64,000 nucleotides of DNA, from positions 704,001 to 768,000 of the forward strand of contig CAXNJO010000002.1 of the NCBI GenBank assembly GCA_964202905.1. Reading direction: 5' to 3'. Origin of the DNA: Polyangiales bacterium (GTDB lineage Bacteria; Myxococcota_A; Polyangia; Polyangiales; JADJQN01). Shown one piece after another: positions 31,095-39,535 of the stretch (positions are counted from its first letter, which is position 1; the number at the start of each line of letters is the position of its first letter). A model generated the notes under the pieces. The model was not told the DNA's origin. It worked only from the letters and a program-made list of their open reading frames with translations, and ran no database searches. The position numbers were made by a program, and so were the translations under genes.

Positions 31095-32522
31095 ATGGCG
31101 ACGCTCTTCCGTGGGGCGCTCGAGCGCTTCGGCCCGCCACCCGTCGCGCGACGGCGCGCCGAGGCCGCGCGACGGGCACGCGGGTTCACGGGGCTGCCGC
31201 CCGGCCCGACCGAGCCTGCGCTCGTGCAGGTGCTCCGCTGGGTGCGCTGGCCCGTGCCGTTTCTGCGCGACGCGCGCGCGGTCTACGGCGACACGTTCAC
31301 GATCCGCTTCCCGCAGACGCCACCGCTTGTGGTGTTCTCGCACCCGGACGCGATCAAGGAGATCTTCACGGGCGATCCCGAGGTCTTCCACGCGGGCGAG
31401 GCGAACACGATCCTCGAGCCGGTGATGGGGCCGCGCTCGCTGCTCATGCTCGACGGCCAGCCACACCTGCGCGAGCGCCGCCTCTTGTTGCCGCCGTTCC
31501 ACGGCGAGCGGATGCACGCCTACGGGCAGACGATGCGCGACATCACGCTCGCGGCCGCGGCGCAGATCCCCGCGGGCCGCCCGGTGCGCTTCCACGATCT
31601 CACGCAGTCGATCACGCTCGACGTCATCCTGCGGACCGTGTTCGGCGTGACCTCGGGCGCGCCCGAGCGCGCGCTCCGCGAGGCGCTGCGCGTGCTGCTC
31701 GAGGTGGGCTCGAGCCCGATCCTGATGCTGCCGCTCGCGCAGCTCGACCTCGGGCCGCGCTCGCCCTGGGGACGCATGCGGCGCCTGCTCGCGGAGGTCG
31801 ATCGCCTGCTCTACGCGCAGATCCGCGCGCGGCGCGAGGGCCGCGGCGCGTCCGAGCGCGACGACGTGCTCGCGATGCTCATCGACGCGCGGCACGACGA
31901 CGGCACGGCCATGACGGACGCGGAGCTCCGCGACGAGATGGTCACGATGCTGATCGCCGGGCACGAGACGACGGCCACGACGCTCGCGTGGATGTTCCAC
32001 GAGCTCGCGCAGCACCCCGACGCGCAGGCCCGGGCGCACGCGGAGCTCGATCGCGTCGTCGGAGGCGGGCTGGTGCCGCCCGCGCGCGTCGGCGAGCTCA
32101 GCTTCCTCGACGCGGTCACCAAGGAGACGCTGCGCCTCGATCCGGTCATCCCCTTCGTCGGTCGGCTCCTCACGCGGCCCACGCGCGTCGCCGGGCACGC
32201 GCTGCCCGCGGGCGTCGCCGTCGCGCCGAGCATCTGGCTCGCGCACCGGCGCGCGGAGGAGTTCCCGCGGCCGGACCGCTTCGAGCCGCAGCGCTTCGTC
32301 GGCGCGAAGGCGAGCCCGTACACGTGGCTGCCCTTCGGCGGCGGCGTGCGGCGCTGCCTCGGAATGGCCTTCGCGATGTACGAGATCAAGATGGTCGCCG
32401 CGACGCTGCTCGCGCGCTTCTCGGTTCAGCCTGCGCCAGGCGAGCCGATCCGCCTCGTGCGCCGCGCGATCACCTTCGCGCCCTCGGGCGGCGCCCCGCT
32501 CGTGTTCACGCCGCGCGCGTAG
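31095..32522 (+). CDS. Cytochrome P450
   Basis: AGHETT (I-helix), KETLR (ExxR), FEPQRF, PFGGGVRRCLG heme motif. Confidence 0.93.
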   Translation: MATLFRGALERFGPPPVARRRAEAARRARGFTGLPPGPTEPALVQVLRWVRWPVPFLRDARAVYGDTFTIRFPQTPPLVVFSHPDAIKEIFTGDPEVFHAGEANTILEPVMGPRSLLMLDGQPHLRERRLLLPPFHGERMHAYGQTMRDITLAAAAQIPAGRPVRFHDLTQSITLDVILRTVFGVTSGAPERALREALRVLLEVGSSPILMLPLAQLDLGPRSPWGRMRRLLAEVDRLLYAQIRARREGRGASERDDVLAMLIDARHDDGTAMTDAELRDEMVTMLIAGHETTATTLAWMFHELAQHPDAQARAHAELDRVVGGGLVPPARVGELSFLDAVTKETLRLDPVIPFVGRLLTRPTRVAGHALPAGVAVAPSIWLAHRRAEEFPRPDRFEPQRFVGAKASPYTWLPFGGGVRRCLGMAFAMYEIKMVAATLLARFSVQPAPGEPIRLVRRAITFAPSGGAPLVFTPRA

Positions 32523-32629
32523 CGTCGCCGTCCTGGTCGGTTGGATGCACGCGACGGCAAGCGGGCCTCACGGCGATGTCGTCGTGGGCTCCGTCGATGC
32601 CGCGCGGCCGCTGTCTGGCGCGCGCGCCG

Positions 32630-33403
32630 CTACTCGAGTTGCACGTCGAGGATGCTCTCCGTGTACCGAAGAATCGTCAGGGTCGCAGGGCCTTCGGCGA
32701 GCGCGCGCAGCGCGGCGTTGCGCGTGTTCGCCTGCAGCGTGCGCCCGTCCGCGAGGTCGACGTTGCAGATGTCGGTCAGCTCCTCGCCGTGCCCCCGCCT
32801 CTCGACGACGATGCCGCGCACGGCGGTGATGGTCACCCGCTCCCGCCGCGGGCCACCGAGCAGATCCGCGAGGGCCGGCAGCCCGAAGGCGACGGGGAAG
32901 AGCGTACCGACCACCGCGACCAGGAGCGCGTAACGCGCCGCCGGCCCGCGGATGTGCCGGAGCAACGGCAGCGCGCCGATCAGCGGGAGCACCACACAGA
33001 CGAAGACCTTGCTGCCAAGGATCGTGCGCCAGTTGCCCCGGTCCAGCGTCGTCATGTTCGCGATGATGTAGAGGGCGAGCGGCGAGCACGGGATGCAGAG
33101 CATCCAGAGGACGACCAGGCGATCGAGCGGATGCGGACGCAGCGCCGGCTTCGCCTCGGTCACAGGCTGCGGCGCGCGCCGACGCAACGCCGACTTCGTC
33201 TCGTCCGCGGACTGCTGCGCGAGCAGCGGGCGACCCACGGGGAGCAGGAAGTGCAACGCCGCCGCCAGCAGGAGCAGGAACGCGGTGAACCCGATCGCGA
33301 ATCCATCGACGCGGCCGGTCTTCATCCAGAAGAGCCCCGGCACGGCGACCGCGATGAAAAGGAATTGCTGCCAGACCGGGAGCTCTTGCCTGGGCGGACT
33401 CAT
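32630..33403 (-). CDS. Hypothetical membrane protein
   Basis: About five hydrophobic segments; no recognised motif. Confidence 0.6.
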   Translation of the reverse strand: MSPPRQELPVWQQFLFIAVAVPGLFWMKTGRVDGFAIGFTAFLLLLAAALHFLLPVGRPLLAQQSADETKSALRRRAPQPVTEAKPALRPHPLDRLVVLWMLCIPCSPLALYIIANMTTLDRGNWRTILGSKVFVCVVLPLIGALPLLRHIRGPAARYALLVAVVGTLFPVAFGLPALADLLGGPRRERVTITAVRGIVVERRGHGEELTDICNVDLADGRTLQANTRNAALRALAEGPATLTILRYTESILDVQLE

Positions 33404-33442
33404 GGGTGATGGCGTCCGCCGCGCCGGGAGCTCGACCGCACG

Positions 33443-35257
33443 TCAGCGGCGCTGCGCGACGGGCACGTACACGGCCGCGCCGAACGGCCCGACGCGGACG
33501 ACGACGTCGCCGCCCGCGCTGACCGTCACGGGGCCGCCGTCGCCGAGGACGTCGACGAGCATCGTGCCGGGCGGCGCGCCGACGCGCATCGCGCCGAAGC
33601 CGAGCGACGTCGCGCTCGTCTCGCTCTCCTTGTCGCGGCTGTTCACGACGACGAGCGCGTAGTCCTCGCCGAGCGCGCGGTCGAAGGCGACGATCCCGGC
33701 GTCCTGCTCGCTGCCGACGCGATCCGTCGTCCAGCGGAGGCTGAAGTTGCCGCGACGCAGCGCGGGGTACGCGCGGCGCAGCGCGGTGAGGCGCGCGACC
33801 CAGCGGAAGGTGTCGCCGTCCGTGCGGAAGCCGCTCCACGCGAGATCCTCGCGGTTCGCCGGGTCGTTGCCGCCGGAGTAGTCCTGCTCGGTGCCGTAGT
33901 AGAGGCAGGGGATACCATCTTGCGTGAGGAGGTACGCCAGCGCGGCCTTGAGCCGGCGACGCCCCTCTTCGAAGCGCGCGCCGCCGCCCGACGTGAACTC
34001 GTAGAGGAAGCGCGGCACGTCGTGGTTGTCGAGGAAGTTCACGAGCAGGTCGCGCGGCGCGACGCCGACGCCGCCGGGCTGGGGCGTCGTGCCGTAATTC
34101 ACCGCGCGCTGCGCGTAGAGCTCTTCGACCTTCTTCGTGCCCTGCCCGCGCAGGAAGACGTCGCCGAAGACCTGGAATTTGTGGGAGAAGTAGAAGACCG
34201 AGTCGAGCTCGCCGGGCGCGGTGAACGAGCCGAGCAGCGCGTCGTCGCCGTCGAAGGCCTCCCCGAACATGAAGAAGTTCGTCTTGCCGCGCGCGGCGAG
34301 GCGCATGCGCACCTCGGCGCAGAACACGCGCCAGAACTCGTGCTCGACGTGCTTGAGCGTGTCGATGCGGAAGCCGTCGATGTCCGTCTTGAGGATCCAG
34401 TCCGCGTAGGAGCGGATCATCGCCTCGCGCACGTCGGGGTTCGAGGTGTCGAGGTCCTTGAGGCCGCCCGGGAAGTCGCCGTACACGACCTGATCGCGGA
34501 TGCCGTAATCGGTGATGCGGCCGCGGCGGTTGTAGGCCTCGGGGCGCTGGAAGATCTCCGGCAGCGGCGGCGTGCGGAAGATTCCGGGCATGTCGAAGAA
34601 CACGATCGGCGCCGCGCCCGACTCACCGAGCGAGGTGAAGGACTGGATGCCGCGCGGGTCGTAGTCCGGGTCGTACTCGGTGACGCGCGAGAGCGGGCTC
34701 GAGGTGCCCGAGCCGTAGACGTTGTCGTCGGGCTGCCCGTTCTGATTGATGTCGTAATAAAAGACCTGGCCGAGGTGGTTCGTGACGATGTCGAGCACCA
34801 CCTTGATCCCGCGCTCATGGCAGGCGCGCACCATCTCGCGCAGCGCGCCGAGGTCGCCGAAGTGCGGGTTGAGCCGCGTGAGATCGACGGCCCAATAGCC
34901 GTGGTAGGCGTCGACGCCCGCGTCGGTGTCGACGTTGAGGACGATCGGGCTGATCCAGATCGTCGTGACGCCGAGCTCGCTCAGGTAGTCGAGTTTCCCG
35001 ACGACGCCGAGGTAGTCGCCGCCGTGGTAGCGGGCCATGCCGCTCGGATCGACGCGCCAGTCGTTGCGCGGGTCGCCGTTGGCGAAACGGTCGGTGAGGA
35101 GCTGGTAGATGACCTCGTCGCGCCAGTCCTCGACCTGCACGGTCATCGGGACCTCGAGACCCGTCTGGATCCCGTCGCCCACGCAGCTGCCGAGTGAGAG
35201 CGAGAGCGCGCACGCGGCCGCGGTGCGCCTCAGAGATAGGAGCTGTTGAACCACCAC
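33443..35257 (-). CDS. Lipoprotein GH13 alpha-amylase family glycosidase
   Basis: LGSC lipobox; DWRDEVIYQLLTDRF.NGD, YHGYW, DIVTNH, DGFRIDTLKH, FGE, FLDNHD, GIPCLYYGTEQ; start approximate. Confidence 0.9.
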   Translation of the reverse strand: MVVQQLLSLRRTAAACALSLSLGSCVGDGIQTGLEVPMTVQVEDWRDEVIYQLLTDRFANGDPRNDWRVDPSGMARYHGGDYLGVVGKLDYLSELGVTTIWISPIVLNVDTDAGVDAYHGYWAVDLTRLNPHFGDLGALREMVRACHERGIKVVLDIVTNHLGQVFYYDINQNGQPDDNVYGSGTSSPLSRVTEYDPDYDPRGIQSFTSLGESGAAPIVFFDMPGIFRTPPLPEIFQRPEAYNRRGRITDYGIRDQVVYGDFPGGLKDLDTSNPDVREAMIRSYADWILKTDIDGFRIDTLKHVEHEFWRVFCAEVRMRLAARGKTNFFMFGEAFDGDDALLGSFTAPGELDSVFYFSHKFQVFGDVFLRGQGTKKVEELYAQRAVNYGTTPQPGGVGVAPRDLLVNFLDNHDVPRFLYEFTSGGGARFEEGRRRLKAALAYLLTQDGIPCLYYGTEQDYSGGNDPANREDLAWSGFRTDGDTFRWVARLTALRRAYPALRRGNFSLRWTTDRVGSEQDAGIVAFDRALGEDYALVVVNSRDKESETSATSLGFGAMRVGAPPGTMLVDVLGDGGPVTVSAGGDVVVRVGPFGAAVYVPVAQRR

Positions 35258-36831
35258 TCGACTCCAATCCCCAGGAAATGCTCGGTCGGCTGGGACGCTC
35301 CTGGATCGCCCACCGGATAGAGGTTTCGCGCGCGTGTGTCCCGCGCCGTGAGCGCGTAGATCACGCGCAGGTGCGGGCGCGTGTACGTGCCGCGGCCGAA
35401 CGGCGAGAGGAAGGGCATCACGCCGAGTTTCCACGCGCTGCCACCCCGCAGCTGGCCCGTCGTCTCGTCGAGGCTCGTCGTCTCGAGCGCCTGGTACGCG
35501 CCCTCGATCGCGAGGCCCGCGTACTTGCCGAACCACACGTGCGGCCGGAGCGTGAGCACGCCCTCGGCGATCTCCCCGCCGCCGAACGCCGTCGCGGAAG
35601 GGTCGGTGTAACGTCGGTAGAACGCGCCCGCCTGCACGCCGACGACCGACCACTCCCAGTTCGCGCTGAGCGCGAGCATCGTCTCGCTCGCCGCGGCCGT
35701 GGAGATGGTCGTCCCGCCGCTGCGGAAGGGCGCGTCGAGCGGGTTGAACGCGGCGAGCCCCGTCGCGTAGCGCGCGAACACGTTGACGAAGGCGTGGAAC
35801 GGCGCGAACCAGCCGCCCACCTGCCCGCCGAGCACGAAGCCGTTCTCACGGCGGAGCGCCTCGGGGTTGCCCGCGACGTCCTCGCGCACGCCGCTCGGGA
35901 GCGTGTGCTGCTCGGCGTAGACGATCGCCTTGAGGCCGCGATCGCGCATGCGCCCGAAGGGCCACCAGGTGAGCTTCTCGGCGACGACGAGGCGCGGGCG
36001 ATCGAGCGTGAGCACCGTCGGGGGCGCGACGCCCATACGCGCGGGGACCTGCGTGCTCTGCCGGTAGAACGGGTCGTTCGGCTGCGTGAGGCCGAGGTGC
36101 ACGGCGGCCTCCGCGTGCTCGCCCAACGCATAGCGCGCGCCGCCGCCGACGAGGTTGAGGTTGTCGAGCGGCCAGAAATTGAGGAGGTAGACGTCGTCGC
36201 CGCGTACCATCCGCGAGCCCGCCCAGAACGCGAGGCCGCGCGTGAAGACGTGGTTCACCTCGGCGAAGAAGTTGCGGACGGCGATGTCCTCGTCGAACTG
36301 CGCGTCGTAGTGGAAGATCGGGCCCGCGATGCCGAGCGTCGCGACGACGAGCGTGTCGATGCCCTCGACGTGCCAGCGGTGGCGCAGCTCGAGCTCGCCG
36401 TAGACGCCCTCGTCGAGGCGCGGGTTGTACGAGGTGAAGTCGGCCTCGCGACCGGCGCGCCCGCGGAGATCGCCCGCGCCGACGACGCGCCCGTACGAAC
36501 CGAACGTGAAGCCGTCCGCGCCCGACGTGTACGGATCGGCCGAGCCGGCGGCGCGCGTGCCGCCCGGGGCCGTCTCGTCGGCCGCGGGCGCGGCGGTCGG
36601 CGCGGGCGCCTCGATCGACGCGGGCTCCGCGGCGGCGGGCTCCGCGCCCGCCGTGTCCTCCGGCTCAGGCGTGCCGATCGAGGAGGTCTCGGCGCCGGGC
36701 GCCACGAGCGCGTCCGCCGCCGCGTCCTGCGCGCGCGCCGACGCCGCGAACGCGAGGCCCGCCGTGGCGAGCAGCGCGCCGAGCCCGACGGCGCGCCGAG
36801 CCGCCCCGAGTGCGCTCCGTTCTGCGCTCAC
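35230..36831 (-). CDS. Carbohydrate porin (maltoporin/LamB-like beta-barrel)
   Basis: Signal peptide ending ARA-Q; FTFGSYGR, Y.ELEL, FWAGSR..RGDDVYL.NFWPLD, RPHLRVIYA, C-terminal G.GVEWWF. Confidence 0.75.
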   Translation of the reverse strand: MSAERSALGAARRAVGLGALLATAGLAFAASARAQDAAADALVAPGAETSSIGTPEPEDTAGAEPAAAEPASIEAPAPTAAPAADETAPGGTRAAGSADPYTSGADGFTFGSYGRVVGAGDLRGRAGREADFTSYNPRLDEGVYGELELRHRWHVEGIDTLVVATLGIAGPIFHYDAQFDEDIAVRNFFAEVNHVFTRGLAFWAGSRMVRGDDVYLLNFWPLDNLNLVGGGARYALGEHAEAAVHLGLTQPNDPFYRQSTQVPARMGVAPPTVLTLDRPRLVVAEKLTWWPFGRMRDRGLKAIVYAEQHTLPSGVREDVAGNPEALRRENGFVLGGQVGGWFAPFHAFVNVFARYATGLAAFNPLDAPFRSGGTTISTAAASETMLALSANWEWSVVGVQAGAFYRRYTDPSATAFGGGEIAEGVLTLRPHVWFGKYAGLAIEGAYQALETTSLDETTGQLRGGSAWKLGVMPFLSPFGRGTYTRPHLRVIYALTARDTRARNLYPVGDPGASQPTEHFLGIGVEWWFNSSYL

Positions 36832-38555
36832 GAGCACGTACCCGTGAGTGAGCCCGACGGCTTGTCGCAGGTGCTCGCGCCGCAGCAATCGCGGTCGGAA
36901 GCGCAGGGATCCCCCGACATGCGGCACGCACACTGGCCCTCGATGCACTGCATCAGGCCGCAGCAATCCGCGGTGGTGACGCACGGGTCGGAGTCGGTCG
37001 CGCAGCAGGTGCGGTTGCCGTCCTCCTGCAATCCGCACGCGAGCAGCCCGCAACACATGCTGTCGTTCATGCAGTCGGTGCCCTCGCGCGAACAGCCGTT
37101 GTCGACCGTGCACGAGCCGACGACGCAGATCAGCCCATCGCAGCAGTCGGCGTCGGTCGCGCAGGTCTGCACGTCCGTCTGGCAGGCGCACATGCCCTCG
37201 GTGCAGAGCATCTTGCCGCAGCAGTCGAGGTTGTCCTCGCACGACCCGGACTTCTCGACGCAGCAGAGCGGATCCTCGCCGCGCGTGATCTCGCGGCACG
37301 AGAGCCCGCTGCAGCACGAGGCCGCGCCGCCCGCGCCGCAGGGCTCGCCCGGGTCGGTGCACATGCTCGCACCGGGCGTGCACTGGAAGCTCTCGCAGAT
37401 GAGCCCCTCCGCGCACTCGGACGAGTCGATGCAGAACGTGCCCTCGCGCGAGGCCGCGCATGCGCCGTCGACGCACTGCATGAAGCCGCAGCAATCGAGC
37501 GAGTTCGCGCAGGGGTTGCCCTCGCCCTGACAGCAGCGCGGGATGAACGGTGCCGGGCGGCAGACCGCGCCGTTGCAGCACTCCTGCCCGGGGAGCCCGC
37601 CGAGCAGGCACGAGAGGCTCGGCCCACGGCACATCGAGCACGCGCCGCTCTCGCAGTTGAGGGCGCCCGAGCACGTGCCGCCCGACGCCGAGGTGGCGCA
37701 GCACATCATGCCCTCGGTGCCGCAATCGCTGGGGACGGGCACGCACATGCGCATCGACGCGTCGCAGATCAGGCCGTCGTCGCAGATGTTGCGGGGACGG
37801 CAGGGCTCGCCCATCCCGCCCGCGGTCGTCGCGCTCCCGCACATGCCGCCGAGGCACTCGAGGCCGCCCGAGCACGTCGCGCCGGGCGCGCAGCAGGGCT
37901 GCCCCTCGTCACCGCAGAGCGTCGGCGCCTGGCACGTGCCGCCCATGCAGAAGAGCGAGCCGGCGCACCCCGTCGCGCCGTCGCAGCAGGGTTGCCCCTC
38001 GTCGCCGCACGCCGCGCAGCGGCCCGTCGCGCACACGCTGCCGGCGCTGCACGTGAAGCCCGCGCAGCACGTCATGCCGGGGCTGCCGCACATCGCCATG
38101 CCGGTGCCGGGGTCGGTCGGCGGCGTCACGCAGCGGCCCGCGTCGCACAAGAGCCCGCGCGCGCAATCGCTCGAGCCGCGGCAGCCCGCGCCCGCCGGGG
38201 CGACGCACTCGCCCGCGGTGCACGTGAAGCCCACGCAGCAGTCGCTCGACGCCGTGCAGCGCGCGCCGCCGGGCACCGCGCAGCACTCGTCACCGCGACC
38301 GCACGTCAGCCCGAGCTCGCAGGTGCGCCCCGCGCAGCAACCGCCGCCGACGGTCCCGCAGCGCGGCGCGGGGCCACCGCCGCCGTCCGCCTGCGTCGCT
38401 CCGTCGCGTCGCGGCACCGAGCCGTCGCGGCTCCCTGCGTCGGGCGCGTCCTCGCCGGACGCGCACGCGGCGAGCGCGACGAGGGGGAGGCAGAGCAGCG
38501 AGAGACGCGCCGCAGCGCGCAGAGCAGAAAACGAGAGGCCGGGGCGCAGACGCAT
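36828..38555 (-). CDS. Cys-rich repeat lipoprotein
   Basis: LAAC lipobox; numerous CG..G.PCC and C....DCC.GL.C..G.C repeats. Confidence 0.8.
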   Translation of the reverse strand: MRLRPGLSFSALRAAARLSLLCLPLVALAACASGEDAPDAGSRDGSVPRRDGATQADGGGGPAPRCGTVGGGCCAGRTCELGLTCGRGDECCAVPGGARCTASSDCCVGFTCTAGECVAPAGAGCRGSSDCARGLLCDAGRCVTPPTDPGTGMAMCGSPGMTCCAGFTCSAGSVCATGRCAACGDEGQPCCDGATGCAGSLFCMGGTCQAPTLCGDEGQPCCAPGATCSGGLECLGGMCGSATTAGGMGEPCRPRNICDDGLICDASMRMCVPVPSDCGTEGMMCCATSASGGTCSGALNCESGACSMCRGPSLSCLLGGLPGQECCNGAVCRPAPFIPRCCQGEGNPCANSLDCCGFMQCVDGACAASREGTFCIDSSECAEGLICESFQCTPGASMCTDPGEPCGAGGAASCCSGLSCREITRGEDPLCCVEKSGSCEDNLDCCGKMLCTEGMCACQTDVQTCATDADCCDGLICVVGSCTVDNGCSREGTDCMNDSMCCGLLACGLQEDGNRTCCATDSDPCVTTADCCGLMQCIEGQCACRMSGDPCASDRDCCGASTCDKPSGSLTGTCS

Positions 38556-38600
38556 CGCGCGACCTTAACATGGCGTCGCGGGCCACGGCGCGTCCACGCG

Positions 38601-39458
38601 TCAGGGGACGCGGCAGTACGACACGCCCCAGGTGCGGGCGAAACCGGTGCAGACCTCGCCCGCGACCGTGCACGCGGGCGTTCCGCCGTCCGGCCCGCAG
38701 ACCTGCTTGCACGTCGAGGACGAGCCCTCGCGGATGCAGACGAGACCACGCGCGCACGCGCCCGCCACGCCTCCGCAGAAGCCCCCGTGCGCGACCGTGC
38801 CCTCGGGCCGGCAGCCGGTATAGGGCGCGCGCGTCTCGGGGTCGCTCGCGAGCGTGCAGGCATCCGTGGGGTTCGGGCAGTCCTGCGCGTAGATGTCGCA
38901 GGGCTCCGGGCGCGGGCGACAGACCTGCACGCACGCGTCGCCGATCGTGCCGAAGCAGCGGTCCTCGCCGCCGCAGGCGCCGATCGCGCCGCGCGGGCAC
39001 ATGCGGTGGCACGACGCGCCACCGCCGAAGTCGAGGCACAGCAGCCCGGGCTGGCAGTCGCCGCTCGTCGCGCAGAGCGCGCCTTCCTCCTTCGGCGCGG
39101 CGACGAGGGGCAGGCACTCGGTCGGGCCCGCCGCGCCCGGGCGACAGCCCGTGCCGCTCGGACACGACGCCGGATCGAACGGGTCGCACGCGCCCGTCGC
39201 GGTGCACGGCATCGAGACGGGCCCGAGATCCGGTGCCCCCGCGTCGGCGGAACCCGCATCGCTCGGCGGCGCGCTGCCGTCAGCGGGCGCGGCGTCCGCG
39301 GGCTGCGAGGCGTCGTCGCCGAGGTCGGCCGGATCGCCCAGATCGGCGCCGAGATCCGCGCCGCCGCCCAGGTCGGGGGCCGGGGGCGGACCGGCGTCGC
39401 CGCCGCCGCAAGAGGAGAGCGCGAGGACCACGAGCAGGGCGAGAGACGGGCGCGGCAT
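38601..39458 (-). CDS. Cys-rich lipoprotein
   Basis: LSSC lipobox, DLG/DA linker, CDPF...CP...C...C.PGL.C repeats. Confidence 0.8.
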   Translation of the reverse strand: MPRPSLALLVVLALSSCGGGDAGPPPAPDLGGGADLGADLGDPADLGDDASQPADAAPADGSAPPSDAGSADAGAPDLGPVSMPCTATGACDPFDPASCPSGTGCRPGAAGPTECLPLVAAPKEEGALCATSGDCQPGLLCLDFGGGASCHRMCPRGAIGACGGEDRCFGTIGDACVQVCRPRPEPCDIYAQDCPNPTDACTLASDPETRAPYTGCRPEGTVAHGGFCGGVAGACARGLVCIREGSSSTCKQVCGPDGGTPACTVAGEVCTGFARTWGVSYCRVP

Positions 39459-39535
39459 GGCCCGAGAGTGTAGCCGCTCCGCGCCCCGCCGCGCGACGTG
39501 CGCCCCCGACAAAGGCTGCTAACCCTCCCCCCCCC

